Both the position numbers and the translations under genes were made by a program. From positions 1-31,138 of the IMG/VR virus record IMGVR_UViG_3300027874_000027: DNA of 31,138 nucleotides; one strand, written 5' to 3'. The stretch comes from a virus (taxonomy: Duplodnaviria > Caudoviricetes). Under the pieces are notes generated by a model that worked only from the letters and a program-made list of their open reading frames with translations, did no database searches and was not told the origin of the DNA. This document shows, piece after piece, positions 1-9,639 of the stretch. How positions within the stretch are numbered: position 1 is the stretch's first letter; each line of letters begins with the position of its first letter.

Positions 1-19
1 GTCGCCACTCGTTGGTCAT
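1..19 (-). CDS. 5' end of the next gene (MTNEWR...), truncated by the window edge
   Basis: ATG at 19-17 on the minus strand, preceded by GGAGG, immediately after the lysin stop. Confidence 0.4.
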
Positions 20-26
20 TGCTGTT

Positions 27-500
27 TCAACCTCCTGCTGGTTCGAGCGCGTATTTTTTGCCCTCGACGTTTGCGGGCACGCCCGGCCAAAGCTCGAAGA
101 AGTAAAGCCGCGTCGAGTCGCCAATGTTGTGACTGATCTTCGAGTTGACGATCTTCGCGAGGCAATACGCAGCTTCGCCCGTCTTGTCGCTGGGTCCGAT
201 GTCACCGGTCACGGCTGCGCTCGTGTCCATCGTGAGCAGATTAGTCAAGCGCGCGCGACAGCCCATCACGACGGGTGCGACCATCGAACGAATCTGCGGC
301 GGCACGACGATGTAGCGATCGACATCAGCGTTGAGATATTTGCCGGAATTGTAGTAGGCGGTTTGGCTTTGATGATACGGGTCGCCGTGCGCGGGTCCGC
401 TGCCGTCGTTGCAGATGTCGAGATCGCTCACGAAGCAGACATAGTTGCCGCTTGCGTTCGTGTAAATTCTGACGCCGTCAATGATGAGAAGTGTGTTCAT
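27..500 (-). CDS. Putative endolysin, glycoside hydrolase family 75 (chitosanase-like)
   Basis: Motifs DLDICNDG, DPYHQSQT, LNADVDRYIVVP and GDIGP...GEA resemble GH75. Lies directly downstream of a holin-like gene. Confidence 0.75.
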   Translation of the reverse strand: MNTLLIIDGVRIYTNASGNYVCFVSDLDICNDGSGPAHGDPYHQSQTAYYNSGKYLNADVDRYIVVPPQIRSMVAPVVMGCRARLTNLLTMDTSAAVTGDIGPSDKTGEAAYCLAKIVNSKISHNIGDSTRLYFFELWPGVPANVEGKKYALEPAGG

Positions 501-739
501 TTGCTTGTTCCATTCGCTTCGTTTTTGCCAACTGCGCGACCGCCGACGAAGCCGACGAGCGCGCCGACGACAGTCGTGATCACGCCAAGAATCGCCTCGC
601 CGCCCTTGGTCATGTCGAGTTCGGGATGAAGTATGCGCGCAACGATGATGCCAACTGTCGCGAGCAAGATCGTGAGCGCAACCATCGTCGCCATCAGAAT
701 AACAACCACGTCAACTGCTGAGCGTTTTTCAAATATCAT
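497..739 (-). CDS. Putative holin (two transmembrane segments)
   Basis: 80 aa with two long hydrophobic helices and a charged C-terminus. ATGA overlaps with both flanking genes; precedes the lysin. Confidence 0.65.
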   Translation of the reverse strand: MIFEKRSAVDVVVILMATMVALTILLATVGIIVARILHPELDMTKGGEAILGVITTVVGALVGFVGGRAVGKNEANGTSK

Positions 740-3393
740 TGTGGCAGATGCCCGCCTCGATCTCGATCGCCGCCGCCATACGTCACGTCCTTCGTGTTGT
801 CGACCGTGACGTGCTGCGAGTCAAGCAGCGTCGCTTTCGTCGCCCAAAATTCGACGATGTCGGTGGTGCTTGTGCAAACGAGAGCAAGCGGCGACGAGTA
901 AGTCTGCGTTGCGCCGCCGTTCTTGCTGTAAGAAATCGACGAGCCAGCAGTTGTCGCAGTGAGCGTCAGATTGCCGCTCGTGCTGCCGAGAGTGCCGCTA
1001 AAGCTCCACGCGGGCGCGCTGCATTGTGCTTGTGGCGGCGTGCCCGTCGCGAGCGTGTATTGTGCTGAGAGTTCATCTGACGCGCGCTGATCGACCGCGA
1101 TGAAGCGCACTCTGATCAGAGTCGAAGCAGTGAGCGTGATCGTGCCCGCGCCCGAGCTTGGCCATTCAGGCGATTGATTTGTGACGGGCGTGCCGTCGAG
1201 CGTGTAGAGCACTCTGAAGCCAGAAGGCGCTGAGCTTACGCTGATCACGACGCTCGTGACAAAGCCGCCCGGCGGTGGGCTCAGCACAGGTGTCGGAATT
1301 GTCCCGAAGCCGATGATCGTGTAGTTCGTTGAACTGATCGACGCGAGATCATAGTCAGTGTCAGCAGTGAACGGCTGATACTTGTAAGCTATCGTCGCGC
1401 CCGGCACAAATTGTGCGTTGTCGAGCAGCTTCATTCGATCGCGAAAGATGAACGCCATCGACGTGCCGATCGAGAAAGCGCCTGCAGTCGTGCCGTAGCG
1501 CGAGCGCTTCACCGAGACATCGTAGAGACCGCTCCCAAGCGCGGTCACAGTGCCGACACTGAGCACTTCAGCACCGATCAAGATGAGCAGTGTGTCGTCG
1601 CTCTGCTGCGCGCTTGTCTGCGTGACGACTTCGTCAAGGTCGATGCCGTAGAGGTTGCAGCGAATCGTCGTGTCAGTTGTGAGCACTGCGACGTTGACGA
1701 GACCGAACGAACCGAACTGACTCGTTGACGCTGCGTCTGGCACGAGCTGATATGTGCTGCCCGCGTCGAAGCTGATCCAGATGCGGTAGCCTTGCACTTC
1801 GACGTTGCCGCGAACAGCGAACGGGACCAGCTGCGTGACGAACTTGCGATCTGCGAGCAGATACGGCACTTCGCTCATCTGCGACTTCCAGATCGCGCGC
1901 GGTCCCGAGACAAAGCCGCCGGGACCTTGAAAACCGGGCGCGAGATAGATCGCTGGCCATTTGCTGCGCTCCCACTCGACGGTGAGTGTCGCTTCAGCTG
2001 CGTTGTCAGCGCTGTATTCGATCTCTTGCAAGCGCATCAAGAACGAAAGCCCGTAGAACGCGCTTGAGTAAGTGAACACGACGCCGGGCAAGAGCGAGTT
2101 GTTCGAGAGCCATTCACGCTTCACGACGAGCGTGCCTGAAGTGAAGGGCATCGCCATTGCCGCGCCGACCATGCGCGCGTAACTTTTCGCAATGTTCACG
2201 TCAGTGATCCACGGTCGCGAGAGCGTCGTCGCTCTGGGTCCGCCCGTGATGCGAAAGTTGTTCGGGTCTCGATACGTCTGCACGTAGTCGTTGAAGTGAT
2301 GATCTTTGTCTTTGTAGACCACGGTCACTTCGTTCACGGTCGGAGCCCAGCCCTGCGGTTCAAGCTGCGGATCGTCGAGCAGATCGTCATCAGTCAGCGT
2401 TGCTGCGCTCACGATGTCGGTGCCGCGCTTCCAGACGCCGACTTCGAGCAGCGTCCCGTTGCGGCGAATCCAGCCGTCATAGTATTCGAGCAGGTTCGCG
2501 ATCGCTTGTCGAAAGTCGTCTTGGTTCGAGATCATCGGCGAGATGCGCGCGCGCACAGTCGTCGCTTCGAGCGTGTTGAAAGCGTCTTGAAAGCTCTGCT
2601 GATTGAGCTGCGCGTCAGCCAAGCCCATGCCAAAGCGCGGGTCAGTCAGCCAGTCATACAGCACTGCGATCGGATTGATTCCGTTGTCATCAGACGCGAT
2701 GAACGAGCCGAAGAACGGGCAGCCGCGCTTCAGTTCGAGCTGAATGTTCTGAATGCTCGTGCGGTCGCGCCCGAGGCACCAGTTCTTGAAGACAGCGTAA
2801 CACTGCCCGCGGTAAGCTGGGTGCTTCTCGTAGTGCCCGCTGTATGGGTTCGGGTCTCCCGCTGCCATGCCCGCGTGAACGGGCGCGCCGCCCGTCGCGG
2901 GATTCTCTGGCCACGTTGTCGAGTCGTTCGGGTCGGTCGAACCGCCCGCAACACCACGCGGCGTGAGCAGCGTCGCGTCGATCGCTTGTGTCTCGCTGCC
3001 CCAGTAGAGGTAGATGGTGCCGAGACCATCGACGGCGATCGTCTCGTAATCAGCGACGCCGCGCGTGACGGTGCCAGTCCAGCGAATGTCGCTGTCAACA
3101 ATCACTTTGTGAACTGAATCAACTGGGCGTCGCCCACCGGTGCAGAACATGAGCGCGAAGTCTGCGAAGTATTTGTAACCGGTCGTGCTCGTCTCGTCTT
3201 TGCCCGTCTTCGTCTTGATCGGCTTCGCCTTCGGATTGTAGGCGGGCGTGATGTAATCGCCCGCGAGATACGCGCGCCCAGCGAGATACTTGACGGGCAC
3301 AGCCTGCTGGTTCGAGTTGATCTGATCATTGTTGATGTTCGCGAACTTCTTCGGTTCTTTCGGCTGCTCGTTCGTGTTACCCCAGAAGCCCAT
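736..3393 (-). CDS. Central tail tip / host-specificity protein (phage tail_3, GTA megatron-like) with C-terminal chitobiase/FN3-like Ig domains
   Basis: 885 aa. HPAYRGQCYAVF and NPIAVLYDWLTDPRFGMG are typical tail-tip motifs. C-terminal PTPVLSPPPGGF...YTLDGT is CHB_HEX_C-like. Follows the NlpC/P60 gene. Confidence 0.85.
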   Translation of the reverse strand: MGFWGNTNEQPKEPKKFANINNDQINSNQQAVPVKYLAGRAYLAGDYITPAYNPKAKPIKTKTGKDETSTTGYKYFADFALMFCTGGRRPVDSVHKVIVDSDIRWTGTVTRGVADYETIAVDGLGTIYLYWGSETQAIDATLLTPRGVAGGSTDPNDSTTWPENPATGGAPVHAGMAAGDPNPYSGHYEKHPAYRGQCYAVFKNWCLGRDRTSIQNIQLELKRGCPFFGSFIASDDNGINPIAVLYDWLTDPRFGMGLADAQLNQQSFQDAFNTLEATTVRARISPMISNQDDFRQAIANLLEYYDGWIRRNGTLLEVGVWKRGTDIVSAATLTDDDLLDDPQLEPQGWAPTVNEVTVVYKDKDHHFNDYVQTYRDPNNFRITGGPRATTLSRPWITDVNIAKSYARMVGAAMAMPFTSGTLVVKREWLSNNSLLPGVVFTYSSAFYGLSFLMRLQEIEYSADNAAEATLTVEWERSKWPAIYLAPGFQGPGGFVSGPRAIWKSQMSEVPYLLADRKFVTQLVPFAVRGNVEVQGYRIWISFDAGSTYQLVPDAASTSQFGSFGLVNVAVLTTDTTIRCNLYGIDLDEVVTQTSAQQSDDTLLILIGAEVLSVGTVTALGSGLYDVSVKRSRYGTTAGAFSIGTSMAFIFRDRMKLLDNAQFVPGATIAYKYQPFTADTDYDLASISSTNYTIIGFGTIPTPVLSPPPGGFVTSVVISVSSAPSGFRVLYTLDGTPVTNQSPEWPSSGAGTITLTASTLIRVRFIAVDQRASDELSAQYTLATGTPPQAQCSAPAWSFSGTLGSTSGNLTLTATTAGSSISYSKNGGATQTYSSPLALVCTSTTDIVEFWATKATLLDSQHVTVDNTKDVTYGGGDRDRGGHLPQ

Positions 3394-3399
3394 CGTGCG

Positions 3400-4005
3400 T
3401 CATCCTCTCAAGCGAAATACGGCGACCAAGTGCGAGCTGTAGGTTGAGTCTTGAATCGTGCCCTCGATCACGCCGAGTCGCGGCAGTGCGTTGACGAAGT
3501 GCAGATCGTTGTCGATGATCACGGGCAGATGAAAAAGCGAGCCGTGTTTGAGCACGCATACATCGCCCGGCTTAAAGAAATCGCGCGGCGTTTCTGCGTC
3601 TGGGTCGATCACCTGATCGGGAATTGACAGCTCTTCAAAGATCGCGCCCAAGCGCACGCTCTGCGGGTCGTCCGCTTTGCCGCGCAAAAAGTCGAGAATC
3701 TTTTCGCCCGACTGGTGCGGCTGATAGTCGCTCGGCTCGCGCTTGAACAGAAAACCATCGACTGCACCGCTGCGACGCATCAGTTCTTGAACGAGACCGA
3801 CGCAATCAATTCCGCCGCCGATGCCTTTCACATCGCTGCGCGAAGTGTCGTGATAACATTGCCGAAACGGAGTGCCAAGCCACGAGAGCGCTTCTTCTTT
3901 GAGCAGCGCTGCGTTTGCCGGGTCGTCGAAATAATTGTTCAATTCAGGATGGTTGTGGTGCATCGACGGCGTCCTGCAGCCGGGAACATTGCATCTCTCG
4001 TTCAC
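3400..4005 (-). CDS. NlpC/P60 family tail-associated cell-wall peptidase
   Basis: WLGTPF, GIDCVGLV (catalytic Cys) and HLPVII (His). Start placed at GTG 4005, overlapping the upstream stop; ATG 3963 is an alternative. Confidence 0.85.
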   Translation of the reverse strand: MNERCNVPGCRTPSMHHNHPELNNYFDDPANAALLKEEALSWLGTPFRQCYHDTSRSDVKGIGGGIDCVGLVQELMRRSGAVDGFLFKREPSDYQPHQSGEKILDFLRGKADDPQSVRLGAIFEELSIPDQVIDPDAETPRDFFKPGDVCVLKHGSLFHLPVIIDNDLHFVNALPRLGVIEGTIQDSTYSSHLVAVFRLRG

Positions 4006-6206
4006 GCTTTTTTGCCTCCGCTCGTCTTCTTCGGTTTGATCGCCTTCACGCCCGGGTTCACGTTCGGAATGTAAGCGTGCCCGCCGAAATTGATACGGTT
4101 CGAGAACTTCGTCTCGCACTGATCAATGCTCCCATCGTAACCGGGATAAAAGACACACGACGCACTCGCAGTCGCTTTCAAGAGCGGTCGATCGAGATAG
4201 AGCTGCACGAGGTTCGAGCCTATGGGCGCTGACTCAAGAATCGAGCGCTTTTCAAGCGTCGCACCCGCGCCGGTCTCTAACCAACCGCCAGCGAAGAACG
4301 AGGTGACCTGCGCGTGCCCGGTTGTGCTCGTCACGCTGATCGTCTGCGATGTCGTGTCGATCACACCCGGGAGCGTGCCGCTGTATTGGAATGACGCTGC
4401 ACTGATCTGCGTCGGCGGGCTGAACTGCGTGTAGTTGTCGCTCACGCTCAGCAGAAAGCGCGGGAACTTGCGATCGAACAGATTGCCGAACGGCACTGCG
4501 GTCGTCTTGTAGTCGCTGTCGATCGACGTGACATCGCCGAAGAAGCGCGAGATCGCGGTCGTCGATGACGGTGTGACAGCATCGACTTCGACGATCTCGA
4601 TCGTGAGAATCGCGTCGAGCGCGAACGGCCACATCTTGTTGAGCGGATTGTTCGTGAACTTGAAGCTCTTCACTTCGAGCTTCTCTTGATCGAGCTTCAG
4701 CCCGACTTTCACCTTGTCGAACGAGAACGGCGCTGGCGTGTAAGTGCCCGCATAAGTGCCGCTTGGCACCACGATCGAGTTCTCGTAAGACGTGAAGCGC
4801 GACGTCTGAATGCCAACCTCGTTGAAGATAAACAGATACGCAGGCTGCGGCAGCGTGCTCGGTAACACGCTCGTCGCCTCGGTGATGAACGTGTCGCCAG
4901 CTTCAGTGATGAACGTGTCACTCGCTTCGGTGATCAGCGTGCTGCTGAGATAGTCGCTCGAATACTCGTGCGACAGCTCGACGAACTTGATGCGCGTCGT
5001 CGCGAGGTACGGCGTCGTGTATGTCCACTCAAGCGTGGCTTCAGCGAAGCGCGCGAGCAAGAGATGACTCACGATCGTCGTCGCAGCGCTGAACGCAGCG
5101 ACGTTCACGGTTGCTGTGAGATCGGTCTCTTGCGCGAGATCAGTCGTCGAGACCTGATACGGCGTGACGTTCGAGTTCGCGTCGATCAAGCAGATGAACG
5201 GGTCTCCCGGTTGAATCTCGCGCGACGGGTCTGAGAAAAAACTTTTCTCACATCGAATCAGCGTTGCACCGCCGGGTGTGTCAGCGAGCATTCGCAGATC
5301 ACCGCGATACGTCGGCACGCAGAAGCGCAGCGTCGTCGCGAGACACGAGCGCCAGAAGTATTCGATCTCGCTCGCTGAGTCGCGGTCTGCTTGATAGAAC
5401 TCAAGCTCTTGCCCGCGCGGCGTGCGATGATCATACGCGCGCTGCTGCTCTTGACGCAGAAAGCCGACCTGCTCGTAGATCACGTCAGGCATCTCAGTCC
5501 AGTCGAGCGGCTGCGAGAAGTTCGGCGCGACGTCCCACTTCAGCAGAGACGAGAACGTCGCGATGTTCGAGCCAACAGTCGAGAGCGTGACCGCTGTCGT
5601 CGTCACGCGGTAAGAATAGTCGCTGCTCTCTTTGAGCGTGAAGTCGCTCTCGAACGCTTCGTCTGTGATCTGCTCAGGCTGTGGACGCTCGTCCAAACGG
5701 CCGAGGATGAGCGGAAACAGCTGCGTGCCAGCTGCCCACGCGTTGACTGCGCCCGCGCTGAGAGCGATCGTCCAAGCGCCCGCAGAGCCCGTGATGCCAG
5801 TCACGGTGACGATCTCATACGTCGAGAAGTCGCTGTTCGAGACGATCCAGAAGCTGCCCGAGCGCACGGGTCGATCAAGCGTCGTGAATGAAGTCGCGCC
5901 CGCGCTCGCGTTCGTCGCGATCTCGCACGCATCAGTCCAGAGCGGAGCGAGAATCGACTCACCGCGCACGCGCGTGAGAAAGATGCGCAGCTCAGTCGCA
6001 TCAGCAGCGTTCGAGAGATACGAGCGCCACGTCATCTTGTAGCGCGCACTCTGCGCAAAGTTGCGACGACTTTCAGCGAACGTGATCGGCTTTTTCGCGA
6101 CATCTGTCGGCAGATCGAGCGTGAGCTTGATCTCGCTTTCCCAGTTCGGTTGCGCGACGAGCAGCCCGACTTGTTGTGATTGAAAAGTGATGATGCGCGC
6201 GATCAT
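4002..6206 (-). CDS. Fused distal-tail / baseplate hub protein (DUF2163/BR0599-like C-terminus)
   Basis: 734 aa directly after the tape measure gene. C-terminal PGYDGSIDQCETKFSNRINFGGHAYIP matches the BR0599 pattern. Confidence 0.8.
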   Translation of the reverse strand: MIARIITFQSQQVGLLVAQPNWESEIKLTLDLPTDVAKKPITFAESRRNFAQSARYKMTWRSYLSNAADATELRIFLTRVRGESILAPLWTDACEIATNASAGATSFTTLDRPVRSGSFWIVSNSDFSTYEIVTVTGITGSAGAWTIALSAGAVNAWAAGTQLFPLILGRLDERPQPEQITDEAFESDFTLKESSDYSYRVTTTAVTLSTVGSNIATFSSLLKWDVAPNFSQPLDWTEMPDVIYEQVGFLRQEQQRAYDHRTPRGQELEFYQADRDSASEIEYFWRSCLATTLRFCVPTYRGDLRMLADTPGGATLIRCEKSFFSDPSREIQPGDPFICLIDANSNVTPYQVSTTDLAQETDLTATVNVAAFSAATTIVSHLLLARFAEATLEWTYTTPYLATTRIKFVELSHEYSSDYLSSTLITEASDTFITEAGDTFITEATSVLPSTLPQPAYLFIFNEVGIQTSRFTSYENSIVVPSGTYAGTYTPAPFSFDKVKVGLKLDQEKLEVKSFKFTNNPLNKMWPFALDAILTIEIVEVDAVTPSSTTAISRFFGDVTSIDSDYKTTAVPFGNLFDRKFPRFLLSVSDNYTQFSPPTQISAASFQYSGTLPGVIDTTSQTISVTSTTGHAQVTSFFAGGWLETGAGATLEKRSILESAPIGSNLVQLYLDRPLLKATASASCVFYPGYDGSIDQCETKFSNRINFGGHAYIPNVNPGVKAIKPKKTSGGKKA
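4876..4934. repeat. 24-bp in-frame tandem repeat (about 2.5 copies) encoding ITEAxDTF
   Basis: gcctcggtgatgaacgtgtcgcca / gcttcagtgatgaacgtgtcactc / gcttcggtgat. Confidence 0.85.
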
Positions 6207-9028
6207 CGCATCCCGAGATTGATTCGATTGCCCTTCACGGTGTCGAAGATGATCTTCTGACCGTCACGTGAAGCCATGTGTTTCGTCAGCGCTTTCAAGT
6301 CAGTGAACGCATACACGTGCACGCCACCGCCGCTCATCAGACCGCCGCTCGTGCCCGCACCCGGAGAACCGAAACTGATGCCGACTTTGTCGCCACCGCC
6401 CATGCCGATGTCACTCGGAACGGGACCGCCGTTGTGAAGTCGAAGTCGCAGTCTGCCAATCGCGCCACCTCGATGCGAGATTCCGCCAAAGCCGATGTGA
6501 CTCTGCGCGCTGCCGCCCATGATTCCGCTCGCTGCAAGTGCTGACGCAACTGCAGCTGCGAAAGCGCCGTAGCTGCCGCCAACCCAGCCGGTGTAACCGC
6601 CGCCAGCGAAATAACCGCCGCCAATATGTCCCATGCTGGGACCGACGGGACCGCTGGGTCCGCTCGGAGTCCAAACCGGAAACGTGCTCGGAATGCCGCC
6701 GCTGCTCGTGACGCCGCCGCCGCCAGCAGTGCTTCCGCCAACACGAGTTGCGCGCAAGATCGGCAGTCCCGCGTAGGGACCGGGAACATATTCACCATAG
6801 CCGCCGCCCGGATAATCGCCCGCGCCGCCGGGTGAACCGAGCATGCCGTGACCGCCCGCCCAGATGTCGCCGCCGCCTGAACCCGGCGCAAAGTGAATAC
6901 GTCCGCCACTGCCGAAACTGAGAAGTCCGCCGCTGTGACCGATCACGCCTGCGTTGAGCGCGAGCAGAAAGTCACCGAAACGTTCAGCGACGCTTCGCTG
7001 AATCATTATCTCGCCCTCTTGCGCGATGATCGGCACTTCGTCAGGCGCGAGCCCGCCGTTGTGAAAGCGCTTCATCTTGTCTGAGATCGTGCCGCCTTCG
7101 TGCGCAATCGCTGAGAAGCCCTGCACGGCGAGAATCGCAGCGAGCACTTCTTCGGGCGCTCCGGCCGCACTTTGCCCTTCAGTCGCGATTGTCACGAGCG
7201 TTGCGGCAGGCGCCCACGCGCTCGCGACGAGCGGACCCGTGATCGCTGCTTGCGCAGCCGCAGCAGTCGCGTTGATCTTGCCCATCACTTGCTGAATGAT
7301 CAGTTGCTCGATCAGCTTCAAGCCGAGCATCTCGATCGACTGCATCATCGACTGCAGATTGAACTTGCCCGTGACGATCCACTGATTCAAGCCTTGCAGC
7401 GCGACGCCGACCGTGTCTTCGATCGTCTTCGCGACTTGCGTCATCGTGTCGCCGAAGCTCTGCGCCCAGCGCCCAAGCTCGGCTTGAAGCGGACGGGTCG
7501 CGACCTGCAGCTGCGCGAAGACGAGACGAAACTGATCACGCATCTTCGCGATCTGCGCGTCGACCTCTGCGATCTTCGCCGGGTCGCTGAGGAAACTCTT
7601 CTTCGCCTGCAGATCAGCGACCTCTTTGTTGATCGCGAGCAGATCAGCTCTGATCGTCGCGATCGTTGCGCGCGTCTTCTCATCAGCACTGATGAACGGA
7701 TTGCGACTGATGATCTCTTGCGTCGTCTTGATGTGTTCGAGAACTGCTTCGTCAGCTTTCAGCGACGCTTCGATCTGCTTGAGACCTTGATTGACGCGCT
7801 CAGTGTTCTCGACCGATTCCGGCGGCAAGATCGGCGGCATCTTGATCTGCGCGAGCGTTTCTTCGAGAAGTTTTCTCGCTTGCTCGGCGCTGATCTTCGT
7901 GTTCTTGAGCAAGTTTTCGGTCACTTTTTTGAGGACTGTTTCCCAGTCGAACGCGCTGAGTGATTCTTGAAGCGCTTTGCCGAAGTTACCGCTGAACAAA
8001 TCGCGCAGCTGCTGGAAGTTCAGAGTCTGCTTCGTGCGCTCAAGAAAACCGAGCCAGAGCGCGTCGGCGAGAGCGGGTCCGAGCTTCAAGAAGATTTCAG
8101 TGAGAACTGTGGCAGAGACTTCTGCCATTTTGTCGATCACGATCGTCCACGCTGCGAGCAGCGCCACTTGCCAGCCTTTTTCTTCAGCGATCTTCGCGAG
8201 CGCTTTCTCGATGCGCGTGATCTCGTTGATGTAAGGCGTCGCGAACGCGATGATGGGCTTGCCGATCTCGACTTCAAAGCCCTGCCACGCGGTCTTCATT
8301 GCGGTGACGGCGCCGTTCCACGTCAGTTGAAAGCCCTCGATCGAGTGCTCAAAGCGCCCGCCTGCTTCAACTGATTCACGCAGAGCTTTGTTCAGATCGT
8401 CAATCGAGACCTTGCCCGCTTTGAATCTCGTGAGCAGCTCAGCTTCGGTGACGGTGTGGCCTTCCAACTTCGTGAAGTGATCCTCAAGCAGGTTCATCAG
8501 CGTGACCGTGCCTTGCATCAGTTCGCCCATGCCGCGCGTCGCGGGCGCGGTCACGTTCTCGATCGCCATCTTCATCTTCGCGTAAGAGCCGACGAGTGCT
8601 TCGACGCTCACGCCCGTCGCGATGTGAATCTGCGCCATCTCCATCATGCGCGGAATCAAATTGTCCACGTGCGTGTGCGTGAGAATGAGCATCCGCACCG
8701 TGTTCGCGAGCGCTTCGTTGCTGACGACGCCGAACTCTTGCCAGACTTGCTCCATCTGTGTGATCACGGCGTTCGCTTTTTCAGCGTCGCCAATCATCGC
8801 GCGCAGCGGGAACGCTTCGCTCTGCAGCTGCGCCGCTTTGTTGACGGTCTCCATCACGGCGTCACCGATCTTCTGCACAACGTTGAGAACGCCGTTGAGC
8901 GCCTCTTCAGCACCGGCGACTTCAAATGCGTTCTTGAGATTGAAGAACGCTTGCTGCACTTGCTGCAGCCCGCTCAAGTTCGCGCTCGTGACGACTTGAA
9001 CGTTCAGTGTGCTCGTCGGGTTCGCCAT
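6203..9028 (-). CDS. Tail tape measure protein
   Basis: 941 aa, Ala/Leu/Gln-rich and helical, downstream of the tail chaperones. C-terminal FHxGG and DEVPIIAQEGE motifs are typical of tape measures. Confidence 0.93.
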   Translation of the reverse strand: MANPTSTLNVQVVTSANLSGLQQVQQAFFNLKNAFEVAGAEEALNGVLNVVQKIGDAVMETVNKAAQLQSEAFPLRAMIGDAEKANAVITQMEQVWQEFGVVSNEALANTVRMLILTHTHVDNLIPRMMEMAQIHIATGVSVEALVGSYAKMKMAIENVTAPATRGMGELMQGTVTLMNLLEDHFTKLEGHTVTEAELLTRFKAGKVSIDDLNKALRESVEAGGRFEHSIEGFQLTWNGAVTAMKTAWQGFEVEIGKPIIAFATPYINEITRIEKALAKIAEEKGWQVALLAAWTIVIDKMAEVSATVLTEIFLKLGPALADALWLGFLERTKQTLNFQQLRDLFSGNFGKALQESLSAFDWETVLKKVTENLLKNTKISAEQARKLLEETLAQIKMPPILPPESVENTERVNQGLKQIEASLKADEAVLEHIKTTQEIISRNPFISADEKTRATIATIRADLLAINKEVADLQAKKSFLSDPAKIAEVDAQIAKMRDQFRLVFAQLQVATRPLQAELGRWAQSFGDTMTQVAKTIEDTVGVALQGLNQWIVTGKFNLQSMMQSIEMLGLKLIEQLIIQQVMGKINATAAAAQAAITGPLVASAWAPAATLVTIATEGQSAAGAPEEVLAAILAVQGFSAIAHEGGTISDKMKRFHNGGLAPDEVPIIAQEGEIMIQRSVAERFGDFLLALNAGVIGHSGGLLSFGSGGRIHFAPGSGGGDIWAGGHGMLGSPGGAGDYPGGGYGEYVPGPYAGLPILRATRVGGSTAGGGGVTSSGGIPSTFPVWTPSGPSGPVGPSMGHIGGGYFAGGGYTGWVGGSYGAFAAAVASALAASGIMGGSAQSHIGFGGISHRGGAIGRLRLRLHNGGPVPSDIGMGGGDKVGISFGSPGAGTSGGLMSGGGVHVYAFTDLKALTKHMASRDGQKIIFDTVKGNRINLGMR

Positions 9029-9032
9029 TGTG

Positions 9033-9365
9033 TCACTCTCCTGTTCTCGTCATCTTGAGCAGATCATCGCGCAAATTGCGCAAAGTGCGATCAGGCTTCT
9101 CAGTGTGTGGCACGAGCGACACTTCGAGATCGAGCAGCTTTTTGTAGCCCGTCTCGACGAAGGAGCGCTCGTGCCACAGCATCAGCTGTGGCAGCGTGAA
9201 CTCTGCGACTTGCTGCGGCGTCAGGTGGTAGTGATAGGCGACTGACGCGCAGAGCTGACCGAGGGTGATGCTGCTGTCTTTGCACTTTTTGCGTCGATTT
9301 CTGGCATCCACGCTGCTTGCATGTCTCTCCATTTCGCTTGTCGTCTCCACCAAGCGTTCAAAAAA
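9033..9365 (-). CDS. Tail assembly chaperone, -1 frameshift extension (lambda gpT-like part of gpGT)
   Basis: Open -1 frame overlapping the end of the chaperone gene and ending just before the tape measure gene. No good independent start; slippery sites are present. Confidence 0.7.
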   Translation of the reverse strand, partial: FFERLVETTSEMERHASSVDARNRRKKCKDSSITLGQLCASVAYHYHLTPQQVAEFTLPQLMLWHERSFVETGYKKLLDLEVSLVPHTEKPDRTLRNLRDDLLKMTRTGE

Positions 9366-9634
9366 GGCATGTTGATCTCTTGCCCTTTGTCAGCGACTGC
9401 GTTCGCACTCTCGATCGTCAACGTGTCTGCCCAGCCGCCGGGCTTGTCGCAGTAAAGCTCGATCGTCATCGCTTCGTTGCCCATTGACATCAGAAACTCG
9501 CTGATCTTCGAGATCGGAAGCTGCCTCACTCTCACGATCTCGCCATGCCCGTTGTTCTGATATTTGACTTCGAGATCGACGCCGCCTGCAACGGTGACGA
9601 GGTCTTGTGCCGCTTTGTCTTGTTCGTTCGCCAT
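9221..9634 (-). CDS. Tail assembly chaperone (lambda gpG-like)
   Basis: 137 aa from MANEQDK (ATG 9634), between tail tube and tape measure genes. Confidence 0.8.
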   Translation of the reverse strand: MANEQDKAAQDLVTVAGGVDLEVKYQNNGHGEIVRVRQLPISKISEFLMSMGNEAMTIELYCDKPGGWADTLTIESANAVADKGQEINMPFLNAWWRRQAKWRDMQAAWMPEIDAKSAKTAASPSVSSARQSPITTT

Positions 9635-9639
9635 AGTTC

